64,000 nt of DNA from the human T2T-CHM13v2.0 reference genome, Homo sapiens, in the NCBI RefSeq assembly GCF_009914755.1, contig NC_060937.1; one strand, 5' to 3'. The position numbers and the translations under genes are program-made. This document shows, piece after piece, positions 1 through 13,114 of the stretch (its first letter is position 1; each line of letters opens with the position of its first letter). The notes beneath the pieces are model-generated. The model did not search any database. It worked only from the letters and a program-made list of their open reading frames with translations, and had not been told where the DNA came from.

Positions 1-488
1 TGACAAGATCACGAGAAGGAATTAAAAGATGAGTCTGAAAATAGTGAAATTACAGAGATTTACTGTACAGGGCAAAGTACACACTCAAGAAAGGCGAGTG
101 TAGACATACTCGAGAGAGATGTGCTGAGATTTCTATCATTGTGGCTTTCTTTAACCAAGGGGTAGAATATTCATGAAAATTCCTGGAAAAAGGTAGAGAT
201 TTCTAGGAACTGTGATGTCACCCATGTTTACCCCAAATATAGGTTTCCCCAGAACTGTCATGGGGTGGGTAGGTTGCTGATTTTGTATATTAATGAGTGT
301 GTAATGAGGTCCTAGGTGAAACCTAAGTCAAATCCAGTGCTGTGTTGGGTCCAGCCAGTCTCAGCCAGCTTGATCCACACCCTGTTTTTCAGGTTCTGAT
401 CAACCCATAGCCTAAAGTCATGTGAAACTGCTGCCTGGAATTTTTTTTTTTGTTCACCTGTGACCACCCTGTATTATTCCTGTCTCAA
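1..488 (-). mobile_element. ERV1 (MER4-group) solo LTR, cut by the window edge
   Basis: Minus strand starts TGAGACAGGAATAATACAGGGTGGTCACAGG...TTCCAGGCAGCAGTTTCACATGACT, an ERV1-type LTR 5' end; subfamily not assigned. Confidence 0.8.
180..209. promoter_or_regulatory. Tandem GAS (STAT) motifs in the LTR
   Basis: TTCCTGGAA at 180-188 and TTCTAGGAA at 201-209, both TTC-N3-GAA; motif only, no activity data. Confidence 0.45.
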
Positions 489-935
489 AATATTTAGGGA
501 TGACAAAACTCCGCTTGTCTCAAGGTTTTTCAAGGTTTACTTTTCTCTTCAGAATCTCTGCATGCTAGGTGTTCTAAAAATAGCAACAAACATAAAATTG
601 ATGCCTGGCATCAGTAGTTAGAGTATGGGGACAATTAATGAGCCTATCATAGGTCAACACCTATTTGATCATCTATCCACTTCTCATAAGTTCATCATTG
701 TTTACATTAAATTACACTCAGAAAAATAAATTACAGTCGTTGTCTATCAGCAACCCTTGGTTACACTTAACTTGATAGTTGGAAATAACAGGACTATTTT
801 TAAAAGTTGTCTGGGTTTTGCAGTTACCTAATGGAGGTAATTAACTTTACTTTTTATCTGATTCCAGTAAAACGATTATGAAAACATATCACAACTGCTC
901 TTCTATAAAGCTTTGAGATACATTTGAGTCCTTAC

Positions 936-1400
936 AGTGTTCTAAATTTTGATTGTTTAAACAATAACAGGGAAGTCCACTTAGAGGGCACAGCAAAAAG
1001 GAATCATAGACTTTGGACTAATTCATTACTATTCTTACAAAGACCTGTTGGATTTCTGTTGTCAGCAAATGTCCAACTCATTAATATTGCACTTCTGTCT
1101 TCAGGAGGCAGCTGCTTCTTCATGAACTTCCTTGGAATTTGGCTGCAACACAGCACTCTATTCTAGGACTCAACTGTCTCCACTGAAAACATTTTCTTTT
1201 GCAGTGTGGCTCCCTGATGGGTCTCCTTGTGTTTCATTTCTGCTTTGTATGACATCTACTGCAAATAGCTGTTTATGCTCTATTTTATGGTGTCATGCTT
1301 TCTCTTTGGTGTATTAACATCTTGAAAGTCTTCTATTAGCTGTTTTCTACTTTAATTAGTTGCCTGCCACTCACGTTTCTTAGAGTTACATAATCTCCAA
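936..1400 (-). pseudogene. Candidate pseudo-exon, polar E/K/S-rich
   Basis: Frame ...IEHKQLFAVDVIQSRNETQGDPSGSHTAKENVFSGDS*...NSKEVHEEAAAS*; donor ACT|GTAAGG at 935; acceptor not located. Confidence 0.3.
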
Positions 1401-2069
1401 TAGGTAGTAAAGTAAATTATCTGGCACTTTTCTTTATGCCAATTTGTTTTAAATGTATCTTAATAGTTTTTAGAGGGCATATATTATCATTAAGATAACA
1501 TATCAATAAAGACTAAATATTCTTTCATGACCACATAAGATATAAATATATAAACAAATATATCTTTAAAAAGTGAGGGAGAATAAACTAGCTCAATGCC
1601 AAAAAGAAATTGAGTCATAATTAAACAAGGTGAGGTTTATCATAAATAATGATAGGTGAGGAAGACTTTTGACAAATATGTAAAATATGATTTTGGGATT
1701 TCTTATTTATGCAACTGAAGTAACACCCATCTCATGTAATATTTACAAAGTATCAGCATTTTGCCTTAAAAATAGCAGGTATCAATAAAAATTAATTATG
1801 TCATATCATACCATATCATATAGAGGTGTATGGTTATTAATTTAATTCAACATAAATCTTTTTTGTGACTACTAGGTATCAGATCTATGCCTACTATGTG
1901 ACTGTACTGTGATCGTGTATCATACTAATTTTAATTAACTCATTGCCTAAGAGATGAACCACAAACTTTGATTACACACATAGAACATGGTTTAGAGGAA
2001 GAAATTGAAAGGATCATTGTATGCAGTTTATATGCAGGGACCATGTTTTCTACAATAAATTAATTCTAC

Positions 2070-2600
2070 CTCCCAACTTTCACTGTTGATGATGTTTTAA
2101 AAGATTGTTTCTCTTCTGGCCTCTCTGAAACACTCAAATACTGTTGCTCAGCAAATTTTATTACATTCTCAAGATTTTAGGAAGCACTAGCCGTACGTAT
2201 AGGCAAATGCTTCATACACAAATTACTTAAATCACTCAAACATTTTGAAATACTGTGCAAATTTACATTTATCAAAGAGAGCCATTAAAATGTCTATAGA
2301 GACAGAGCCGTCTTGTGGAGTGGCTAATTCTGCCATTCTCTTCCTCAAATGAATATAAATAACTTTTACAGGCTGCCACTTTCATTGTTACAGTGACTCC
2401 CAAATACTTTCCCACACAGTATGTGATTTTGAATTATGCCCATCAATGATCTCCCTTCTATTTTTGCCCACAAAAAGCACAATAAGTGACTTCTATTGAT
2501 CTTTGCTGAAGAATAAAATAGTGATCTAAAGAGGTTCTTGACAGTTAGCACAGTTGTAAAATATAGGCCCCTTCATCATGTGTCTTGTAAATTTTGGAAC
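2070..2600 (-). pseudogene. Candidate pseudo-exon (531 nt, phase 0/0)
   Basis: Acceptor TCTCTATTTCCTTAG|G; frame VPKFTRHMMKGPIFYNCANCQEPL*...HTVWESIWESL...DILMALFDKCKFAQYFKMFE...NSESWE with 10 stops; weak donor GAG|GTAGAA. Confidence 0.45.
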
Positions 2601-2999
2601 CTAAGGAAATAGAGATTTTTTTGCGTGTGTCTATAAAACTAAGAGCTTGATATAGGATTAAAAGGGTCATTACATAATTAAGGTTTTACAAAGAGCCATA
2701 TAATATATGTACTGCATTCAAAACACTTTATAATGGTGTCTAAATGTTTGCATTCTTGCCACAACCAATGTTTTATAATAACTTAAGATGATTTAAATGG
2801 TATAATGTAGGTGGTAAAACAGATAAAGTGCCACTGATGTGTTTTATAATATTATCTCTTATGTTCTTTGTTGTTAGATATAAAACATGGTTTATCAAAT
2901 TTGATTAAAGTCATTAAAAAATGTAGACAAGTGGCTCAGAAAATTGTTTTAACTCATAGAACTTCAACAAATTTTAAATATGACTAAGGTGTTAGAGGC

Positions 3000-3235
3000 A
3001 GCAAAGCAAGGCTTTAGGAACTCTGATTCTGCTCCATTCAGCCTGAGTTTAGTGTCTAGGCCTGACATTGTTAGCCCTGTATCTTTTGCAAATCAGTGAA
3101 CATTTCTGTGCCTCTTTGTTAAAATATAGAAAATTGAGATAATCAGATCTTATAGCATTATCCTGGGAATTACTGATTTAAAACTTATGAAAGGCTTAGA
3201 GTATGACATATAGTGAGTACTCACTAGATTGCAAC
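3000..3235 (+). mobile_element. MIR fragment
   Basis: Degenerate MIR core and tail (TTTCTGTGCCTC...AAAATATAGAAAATTGAGATAAT...AAAGGCTTAGAG...TAGTGAGTACTCA). Confidence 0.6.
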
Positions 3236-3606
3236 TTTTACTTTTAAAACTACAGATAAAATAGGCCTATGTCCTAAATCCATGTTATGTAGCAGCAATT
3301 CCCAAGGCACGTTCAGGTAATACCAAATGTGAGAAATATCATTAACATTAACAGAGAAAATCACATGCAATATTTATTCTAGTAAATTCATTTTTACCAG
3401 AATAAAGTCACATTCTAGTCACTATAGCTAATACAGTTTATGTCATAGTCTAAAATTAAGAAAGTTTTGCAAACATGACACTTTAGATACATTCACATAT
3501 TAATATCTTACCACATTATTATGCCATCTTTTGAATTTGATTCTTCTCTTTTTTTTTGGATTTGGAGGTTGGCAAATAAGGGCAAGAGGGGCTTTCTTTG
3601 AGACGG

Positions 3607-4153
3607 TGTTACAGAAAAGGGGTCCTGATCCAGACCCCAAGAGAGAGTTCTTGGATCTCGCTCAAGAAAGAATCCAGGGCAAATCTATAAAGTGAAAGCA
3701 AATTTATTAGGAAAGTAGAGAAACAAAAGAATGGCTACTCCATAGACAGAGCAGCCCTGAGGGCTGCTGGTTGCCCATTTTTATAGTTATTTCTTGATGA
3801 TATGTTAAACAAGAGTTGGTATTCATGCCTCCTCTTTTTAGACCATATAGGGTAACTTCCTGACATTGCCACGGCATTTATAAACTGTCGTGGCACTGAT
3901 GGGAGTGTAGTAGTTAGGACAACCAGAGGTCACTCTCATTGCCGTCTTAGTTTCAATGCGTTAGAGCTGGCTTCTTTACTGCAAACTGTTTTATCAGCAA
4001 GGTCTTTAAGACCTGTATCTTGTGCTGACCTCCTATCTCATCCTGCAACTTAGAATGCCTTAACCATCTGGGAATACAGCCCAGTAGGTCTCAGCCTCAT
4101 TTTACCCAGCTCCCATTCAAAATGGAGTTGTTCTGGTTCACACACCTCTGAAA
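3607..4153 (-). mobile_element. MER41A solo LTR (ERV1)
   Basis: Termini TGTTACAGAAAAGGGGTCCTGATCCAGACCCCAAG and ...GGTTCACACACCTCTGAAA; 547 bp; lacks the MER41B GAS segment; 4-bp TSD ACGG/ATGG. Confidence 0.92.
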
Positions 4154-4690
4154 ATGGTGTACAAGTATATTTGCTCCCCTTACTGAGGCAGATTAGAGGT
4201 TTTTCTTCATCAGTTTATGAACCAACACAATCTGATTTGTATGACTGCTTTGGGACAGACTTGATACCCATGGATTTTAACATAGAATCTGAATACCAAT
4301 CAATTCTCATATCCTGAATCATTGTTTATTTAAAGAAATGAAAGATGGGCCAAAGGTTAAAAATTCTCCTTTTATCATTTTCTTTATAGTCAAAGCAAAA
4401 GGGATGGTTCATCTACAGTGATTCTTTTTCAGAAAAGTAATGTCTTTGATGTTTAAGGGAGGAAACAAGCCTTCTGAAAACTACTATTCTCACTCCTCAG
4501 GAAAAAGAGAAAAGAAAAGGAAAAAAAAAAAACTAATCCAAACACTAGTCTTTTGAAAGAGAAAAATTCTTTTGGGTGTACTAAAGCCTATTTTACCATT
4601 GAATTTTGAACATATTCTCAAGTTATATTAGAACATAATGTATTTTCATTTTAGTGTTAGGCCAAATATTATATTAAGTAATGCCTTTAC

Positions 4691-5273
4691 CAATTCAGTT
4701 ATGAATTCTACAGTCTATAATCCTCCTTTGTATGTTTTAGTAACTCAAAATCTGCTCTATTTCTTCTAAGAATAATTTTCTAATATTCTTCTTTTTCCAC
4801 TAAAGCAGACTATTTCTTTTTATTGAAGTTCCATTTTGCAATGTTCATTAGATGTTGAATGTCTGTCAATATCCACAAGTCTCCATGTTCCCCATCCTTT
4901 ATGCCTTTCAACTTTCATTTTCCTCAGTGCAAACACTTCCATATTTTTACTTTCATATTATTCTTTAAGGACTTGAATGATGACAAAACCACTTTCAGAA
5001 AGAGCTGGGTCAGTAATATAAGGCATCTTTTATAAGATTCTCTACCATGCATAACAGAGCAAAACAGGAACCAAGAGAAAGCAAACTAGAGTTGTGTGAA
5101 ATTGCTCATTTATTCTCAAATAGTTTTCAGTTTTTCATGAAACTGCTGAAAAATTCACAAATTGTATTCCAATGAGATGAATGTTTTTTTCCTAAGTTTT
5201 CATCAAAACTTTCATCTTTGGGTACACATTGTATATGCATAAGACATCCTGTTCCTATGTGTGTTGGTAGTAC
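4691..5273 (-). pseudogene. Candidate pseudo-exon
   Basis: Pyrimidine tract then CAG|G; VLPTHIGTGCLMHIQCVPKDESFDENLGKKHSSHWNTICEFF..., frameshift, MPYITDPALSESGFVIIQVLKE*YESKNMEVFALRKMKVERHKGWGTWRLVDID; donor TTG|GTAAAG phase 0 matches the exon at 2600. Confidence 0.5.
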
Positions 5274-5938
5274 CTGCTTGTTCATAGGCATGAAAATGAA
5301 AGAAGGATATTAAATATGTACAAACTGCCTGATTGGATAAGGAAAAATGCAAATAGTGCTGTGTGTAGTGAATACACACTGATGTATGGGTGGGTGTGCA
5401 CGTTTTCCCCTTTTCACAAGTCCAAAATAAAGAGACAAAGTTTAAAGATTTTTCTAATAGATCGTTTTTTCTTGATTTGTTCTTTTTACCTTTTTGGCTC
5501 ATTTTATTGTGAGAAACCAATTTATATATCAGAATCTCTTCACTTTTATGCATAGTAAGGAAAAAATAATAATAAATGGCTCAGATGCTTTGACACTTTC
5601 CCAGCATTCTTAGTTTCCAGGTATAAAATTTCCTTTTGATGATAATGTAAGAATTCATTCATTCCCTGCTTCAAGTTGTAATTTTCTGAACAAATAACTT
5701 TAAATGTCATTGTCCCTGTATTCTATACTACTACAGCAAGTTTGAGGATGTGCTAGTTCGAAATACATATAGAGGGTACATTAAAATTGGTTTTCATTTA
5801 TATGCATTTAAATAATATTAAAGTACTGCTTAATTTGGGTGAAGTAAATTATTCTCTCATATAACACTGACCGAGATATTTGCTATAAAATATTTTATAT
5901 ATTTGATATAAAATGCTATTTCGAGCCACATAAGTGAT

Positions 5939-6165
5939 TTTTCTTTCCTCCTCCCCTTCCTTCCTTTCCTCTCTCCCTTCCCTTCCTTCCTCCCATCCTT
6001 TCTTTTTCTTTTTCCTTTCTTTTTAAGTTTTATTTTCCATTTCTTTCTTCACTGTCTTCCTTTCTTCTTTCATTCTTTCTATTTTTATCTTTTCTCTTTC
6101 CTTCCATTCTTTCCTTCTTTTCTTCCTCACACCCTCCCTCCCACCCTCTCTTTTTATCTTTTTCC
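5939..6165. repeat. CT-rich low-complexity tract
   Basis: Near-pure pyrimidine run (TTCC, TTTC units). Confidence 0.9.
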
Positions 6166-6989
6166 AAAATCTCAAACCTTCTCATATTTGATCTTCCATT
6201 TTCACAAAGGCCAGTCAAAAAACCTAAAGTGAAGTTGGGTAGAGGTAAAGCAGTAGGATATAGCGAGGTCTGTGGACACTTGGAGTCAGTGTGCCCAGCC
6301 TAAAGGCTTTAAATTGTAAGAAGTTTTATAATGCTCTGGGAGGTGTATTCAGCCTGCTTTATTCAGTTTGTAGTGCCATGCTAAAGCTTTGAAACTTTAA
6401 ACAACTCTTTGTCTTGATTTCCTATACCTCCCATCTACCAATGGATTCATTTATATTCTTCTAGGACTTTCATGGTTTTGCTTATTGAGGATAGCTTGAT
6501 AAGAGATTATCACAGTCAACCATATACCGTGTCTTCTCAGCATACACAAGGCATCTTTGTAAGCGTATGTGAAAGGTATTCTGCATTTTTAAATTTGTGC
6601 TTTTAAGAAAAGGAATTGTATGCTGTTTGTTTTTCATTGCTACTCTTTTTAGGTTCTTGAGAGACAGATATGCCTTTTTGTTTTACCATCATATTTTAGA
6701 AGTACTTTCTGAATGTGAAAGTAATATAGTGAATGCTTTTAACTTAATTGTTCCTTTTCTTATCTCTGCATCTCTACTTCTCATTTTAAGCATTTTATTT
6801 ATTCTATCTGTTTTGTAATTCCAGTAGGTAAGCTTGGAAGGGATGTATACAAGAGTTCTGTAAACCATTTGTGGTTCTGCATTTTACCAATTCTGGTAGC
6901 CATCTATAACCAATATATGTATTTACATTCTTAACAGGAAAGCTTGAACAGATTCAGAAATCTCATAACTGTATCTGGCAAGGTAAGCA

Positions 6990-7354
6990 CAGATGCTCCT
7001 AGACCTGTGATAGGGTTAGTTCCTATAACCCAGTGTAAGTTGAAAATATCATAAAGAGAAAATGCATTTAATACACCTATCCTACCAAATGTCATAGCTT
7101 AGCCTAGCCTCTCTTAAATGTGCTCAGAACACTTACATTAGCCTTCAGTTGGGCAAAATCATCTAACACAAAGTCTATTTTATAATAAAGTGTTAAGTAT
7201 CTCATGTAACTTATTGAATTCTATACTGGAAGTGAAAAACAGAACAGCTGTATAGGTACTCAAAGTGTAATTTTTACTGATAATATTTATTACTTTTGCA
7301 ACATCATAAAGTCAAATATCATAAGTCAAACCATCATACATCGGGGACCGTCCC
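6990..7354 (+). mobile_element. MER47A (TcMar-Tigger)
   Basis: CAGATGCTCCT...CATAGCTTAGCCTAGCC...CAGTTGGGCAAAATCATCTAACACAAAG...TCGGGGACCGTC, full length. Confidence 0.92.
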
Positions 7355-8227
7355 TTTAGTGTTCAGATTTTTCTGTGTTACAGTCTACCAATTACATGTA
7401 TTTTCCTATTTAAGGCAGGCTCAACTAATTCAAATTTCTCAGGCCATCAAACAAGAATGTAAAGCCCCATTTCTTTAAAGGGCTTGAAGAAAGCACCAGT
7501 TATCATCCAGAATACCTTTTAGTTAAAGTGATACCTAAACTTTACCAGACTAATGAATTGAGACCATTTCATATGAATATTATTCTCTACCCCATTTATT
7601 TAATGCAGTATCTAAAAGACTGTACACTCTTCATCTGCCTGGTAAGAGGATATGTTAGATACACATCTATTCACAGCTCAAAGTCACTGTGGATTCATTA
7701 ATAGCCCTTCTCATTGTAAAATAGTACATTCTGCAAACACTTCACATGACCTATCAGTCAACCCAATTATATTTATGAAGTGTCTTTCATGTGTCCATCC
7801 CACAGTGAAATGTGGACTTCATATAAAAGAAGATACAATACATATTTAAAAGGCTAAATCAAACAAATAAGTTTTTAAATTAAACCTTACAAATCAACAG
7901 TAATTTCAAAGTTCTCATGCATAAAAGAATAGATTCTTGAGTTGAAAAGCTGAGTGTGAAAGATTTTGTGATCTTAGAATCTTATTAGAATCAGACTGAA
8001 AGGTGGCAGGTGGAGGTCACTGATTGTAAATCGTGGCAGAAACTCTCCTGGAATCAGGAAATCTTTATGTAACAGATCGGCACAGGATGGGTACAGAAAG
8101 AAGACTGTATGGTTAATAAAACGTGCACACACACCTATGCAGTAATTCTAAGGTCAGAAGTATGATTTTAGAGCAAAGAAATCACTCTTTTAAGGTTACC
8201 AGCATAGACTACATTTTAAACATTTAT

Positions 8228-8670
8228 CCTGGAGAACCAATCAGTAGCAACCCAATTTTATCTATACTAAATTCAGGGAAATTTGAAGACATCCATGCTT
8301 GAATATCACACAGACAATTATGCAAAACATCAAGCCGCTTCATAGGTCTGCAGGGACTGGAAAGAATATCTGAGTATCGTCTGCATACATATGACACTGC
8401 AGGCCACAGCATTGAATAATGTTATTCACTAAAAATATCTAAATATAAAGCTAAATAGGATTTGAAACAAGCCCCAGGGGAATCTGAAAGTAACTTGGCA
8501 AAGCATAAACCATTCCCTAAAGGAGCAAATTGTAAAGAGAATAGAGAGATAAAGAAACTATCCAAGCAACCCATGTTAATTCCAGAAAATTCAAAAACAT
8601 AGAGTTACGTCAAAGAATGACACGGTGAGCAGTATTCCAACTAGACAAATAGCCTTAAAAGGATACAAGA
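8228..8670 (-). mobile_element. Ancient L2-clade LINE reverse transcriptase fragment
   Basis: Ordered RT motifs: LSSWNTAHRVIL, IPLGLVSNPI*LYI, IIQCCGLQCHMYADDTQIFF (YADDTQ at 8370-8387), CLCDIQAWMSSNFPEFSIDKIGLLLIG. Confidence 0.88.
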
Positions 8671-9161
8671 AAATACACATTCAGCCAGCAAAATGTTCAC
8701 AGACATTATGTTCCAATCTAAGTCTCAGGGCCAGTAGTGTGTATATTTAAAACGAGGTGCTAAAATAATATCCTAAAAAATTTCAAGCTATAATGGCTCT
8801 TTTTCTAATAATTAATAAAAATTTTAAATTGTTGGTGATGAAGCTAAAACAAAAGAGTGTAACTGTCTAGTGTTTCAGATTCTATTAAATGTGTTTTCCA
8901 TAATCTTGAGACATTTATTTCATGCCACATTTTAGGGAAAAAATCTATATGTATGTATGTTATATGTCTATTAATCTAGATCACAATGTTTTGATGATTC
9001 TCTGTAAAGAACTTAGAATTCTTAAGGGAAGAAAAATGATACTGCTGTTATCATTATCTTTATCCAATACTGTAAAAGTCATTTGGTAAATCTTCTTTCC
9101 ACGTGCCAAACCAGCCATCACATTTTTTATATTTTATTCATAATCTGTTTGTCTTGGAGTA

Positions 9162-9516
9162 TGTTAGGGAGAAGATTGGTCTATGATTAGGCCATCTGCA
9201 TTTGCTAATTGCCACTTATCCCCTATCCTATATCGAAGTCAGACTCCTAGCTTCCCACAGAAACTGGGAGATAGAGGTGCTATGCTATCTTCTTTGATGA
9301 TTGCATTTCAAAGGATGGCTCCCAGGTCCTTGACACAGACATTCCTGGGTTGTGAGACTGGCAAGAAGCTAGGAGATGATGTACGTCTCAAAGAGGCAGA
9401 GAAAACTGCAAGTTTTCTAAAGGCTCTAAGAAAAGGGAGGTCAGGGACCTAGAGTCAGGAAAAGACCTGGCTGAAGTTTAGTCAGGCTGTGGAGAATGTG
9501 CAGGCTGTCTTTGTCA
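9162..9516 (-). mobile_element. MER67-type ERV1 LTR, internally deleted
   Basis: Minus strand TGACAAAGAC...GACTAAACTT...CCTGACCTCCCTTTTCTTAGAG...ACAACCCAGGAATGTC...GGGAGCCATCCTTTGAAATG. Confidence 0.8.
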
Positions 9517-11114
9517 ACCATCTGCATCTCAGAAAGCACCGCTGAACTGCTCCAGAAGCTTCTCTTTTAGAATGATGGCAGCTGAAAGTTTTCAAAATAA
9601 ATCTTGATTAACAGAATAAAGTTATCAATTTCTATTGAGGAATTAAACAGCTACCATTACAACATAGAATAATAGAAAAGTATGGTTGTGCATATGAATG
9701 TGCTTAGCATAATTAAACAAAATCATATTTAACATCATGGTAATAATGATCAAAAATGAATAAGCCTCATGTGTTTCTACCAACATTATATGAAATTAAA
9801 AGATGCTAATAGAAGTATTTTCACATTTTTACTTAGGTTATGAATAATCTGAAGTCAATAGTCATGAATATGTTTTATAATTTTAGAACTTTGCAACTTT
9901 GTGAGGTTTAGAAGAGTGAATGTAGTGCTGCATAGATGTGCTACAATTACCTGTCTATATTGAAGAAGAGAAACCAATTCTTGGCCACAATTAGTTTTAA
10001 ATGAATACTGCCACACCAGTGGGCAAAGTGAAACCCACCAGATTGATTTTCTTTGCCCTGAATTCTTCATAATACAATACTCATACCTATATGCTCTTGA
10101 GAAGTTTGGCAGGACACACCTGAATTAACATACCTCAGTGCTTCTCTTTGATGGCTACTAAATTAGAAATTTAAACAACGTAATGGAAAGAAGTCTTTAG
10201 TGATAAACAAACTGTGTTGCTGCGGGCAAGCTCAAATCCTTTTTACTTCTTTTCCTGGAAGCTGTGCTTGCCTGTAAGCTTCCCACCTGGCTGCTCAGGC
10301 TCTCCCTGGGAGAGGAATCTTACTCCTTCCCAGAGAAAACTCTATTCAGTTTTAACAGCTTTGTGTAATTTCCTCTTGAAAGAAAAACTAAAACTTGTTG
10401 GGAGCTTTTTCTAAAGTCACTGCAGGTAGTTAACAGTTTGGTTAAAAATAATTAAGCCAATTTGTTAATATGAAACTTAAACTCCTTCATACAGAACACT
10501 AAGCTCACAGGATAAAAGAGATTGCTTAAGTGGAAAGTTCTTGAGGGAGGCTTGGAGCCAGACCCAGCATGAGGTGCTTTATTTTCTGCTGTAAATCTTC
10601 ACACTTCTGCAAAATTGTTGGAAGCCAGTACCTCTGTGGGTAGTTTTTGCTTATTTTTTCTGCATGTCATTGTCCCTACTGGGAGTACCTCTAGTTGCTC
10701 CTAAGCAGATACCCTACAGCTAGCTCAAAGCAGTAACAGAATGCAGAGTGAACTGAATACAGTGTGACAGATGCCTCCAGAAGAAACAGCCAAGGTAGAA
10801 ACAAAAGACAAAGAATAGCTAGGATGCACTGCGCTCGCCACTAATCAAGATGGAACTGAAGTGAATTCCCCAGAATAGGGAAACAGCTCATTCAGTTGTG
10901 TTAGTCTTATTTATACTTCCGAATCATCTGAAGTAAATTGTTTAGCTCTCTTTAGTCATAAATACTTGTCAGTAAATGGAAAGATGTTTGGTTTTGAAAT
11001 AGTGTCATTTGTTAACTAAGATATTAAGATGCAAAGTTTCTTGTTGTAACTAAGCATCTAGTTCAGCCTCAACAACTCATATGCATATTTGCAGATATGT
11101 TTATATGTATTACA

Positions 11115-11235
11115 TTTATTCATTCATTTTTCCATTTAGTGCATATTTATTGTCTGCTTTCCCTTGCATCAGGCACACTGCACTTGGCACTACAGATATT
11201 GAAGTGAGACAGAAACCCACATGCCTTTGTCCATC
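11115..11235 (-). mobile_element. L2 3' end fragment
   Basis: ATTCATTCA...ATATTTATTG...CAGGCAC...GGCACTACAGATA pattern. Confidence 0.6.
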
Positions 11236-12897
11236 CAGCCATCAGATTAAAGTAATAAATTCCATCATGGTGATTGTTTTAAAACGTTGATTTCAGTTTT
11301 AATAAATTTGCTCTTTAGTTACAAGTCTTCAACTAACTTTTCTTTGTGCATAGGAGGGTATTATTTGCCAATCTGCACATAATAGGTCCATCAGCAAGCA
11401 TATACTGTTTCTTATATGAGCATGTCACCAAGATAGAAAAGTTTCTCAACAGGACTGTATGCCCCTATGTGTCTGCCTGTCTGTCCACACTCATATACGC
11501 ATGGTTACAACCATCTAAAATGTGCCTACAGAGTAAAAACAATGGAATTTCACATAGGCTTTTGAAATCAAACATAAATTTTAAGCAAAAAGTCTATCAA
11601 ATACATGTTACATTTATATGTAGACATTATATTCAACAGTAAAAAGGTAATTAAATGACTATTGTATATATATATTCAGAAGTATTTCTGACATAAGCTA
11701 TATTTATACTCAAAGAAAGATTAACCCATTTTTAGAATAAAATAATGCTGTACTGTTACTGTTGTAATAATACTGTTACTAATACATCAATTTCTAATGT
11801 ATCAAAATATATTCTTCTACTCTAATAATTGATAAATAAATTTTAAAACCTCAATGTTTATCTTAAAATTCACCTACAAAAATTTCAGTATTAAAGACAA
11901 AGAAAATACTTCATTGAATGTGATTGAAAGAATGCTCATATGTGGAGAACAACAGAGCACACTGGAAAAATATTTTCGCCCCCTCTCTTGCCTATGGTTT
12001 ATATGTCTCAATTTAGTAAATATTAATTTTGAAAGCCAAAACATATATGGTGGCAATTGCGAGTGAACAAATCTGGCCTAATCATTACAGAGTTGGATGT
12101 AATATATCTGGGAAAATAGTTATAACCATTCCATGAATGAATAGATGGAACAAATCCTCAATGTGAAACAGTATTGGGATTTCTAAATAAGTGTTTAGTC
12201 CAAGACTAAATCTTCTGTTGATTTAGTCATTGCAGCACATTCAGAGACTAAGATAATCAAGGGACACTTTTTTTAAGTTTATATTTCATCCACAAAAAAA
12301 AACCCCAGCTAGATTACAATTATTTTACAATCCATTTATTCTAAATGTGTTTTTATTCTTTGAAACTGTTTCAAAACATTTCTTTTAAACTTCTGCCTCA
12401 TACTTCAGATTAATTTTTATTTCTTTGCCATTTATTATTAGCACTTCAACAAAATAAAGCACCCAGTTGTTTATTCTACCCCAATAATTGGAAAGCATTT
12501 ATTTAACACACACTGTGTACGTAGCATTCAAGAGACTGTATAAAAGAAATAACACAAGCCCTGACCAAATGTGCAGTCTTTTTGAGGAAATTTAAAAACA
12601 TAACTGCACATCTGAGCCAAATACAACATGTACAGAACCATAATACCAAGTAGCACTATGCCATTAATTAGCAACTATTGTTTGTTATAATACAAAGGTG
12701 TTTATTGTGCACACCACTTTTTATTTAATGCCGAATGATAATAAAAGAATGACCTAGTCCTTGTCCTTAAACAGTCAAGTCACAAAAAACGTTAAAGGTG
12801 TAGTACTTAAGATATCACTTAAGCAAACCCCTCACTGCCCTGATGAAAAGAAACTGATTTATGCAGAAAATAGCGCAGGAGAAGAAAATTTACTTAC

Positions 12898-13114
12898 ACT
12901 GCGTGTACTTGTAATACCAAAAATGGTGGCTGTGGGGTAGAGCCAACTAGCTATATACAAGGATTCCAGAAATAATTTTATTTTCACACAAAGTAGATGA
13001 AAATCCCCGAGAAGAAGACAAAGGCTATGCATTAATCTATACAAGGAAATAAATATAAATGCAAGGGATTTCACCAAAAATATAATGCCAGTCACACAAT
13101 TGATAGTGAAAACA
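12898..13114 (-). pseudogene. Candidate pseudo-exon, hydrophobic frame
   Basis: Acceptor TTTCAG|T, donor AGT|GTAAGT; lies inside the stop-free ORF 12859..13164. Confidence 0.35.

Noticed and set aside
3607-4153. MER41 as an interferon-inducible enhancer
   Set aside because: It is the A subtype lacking the tandem GAS segment
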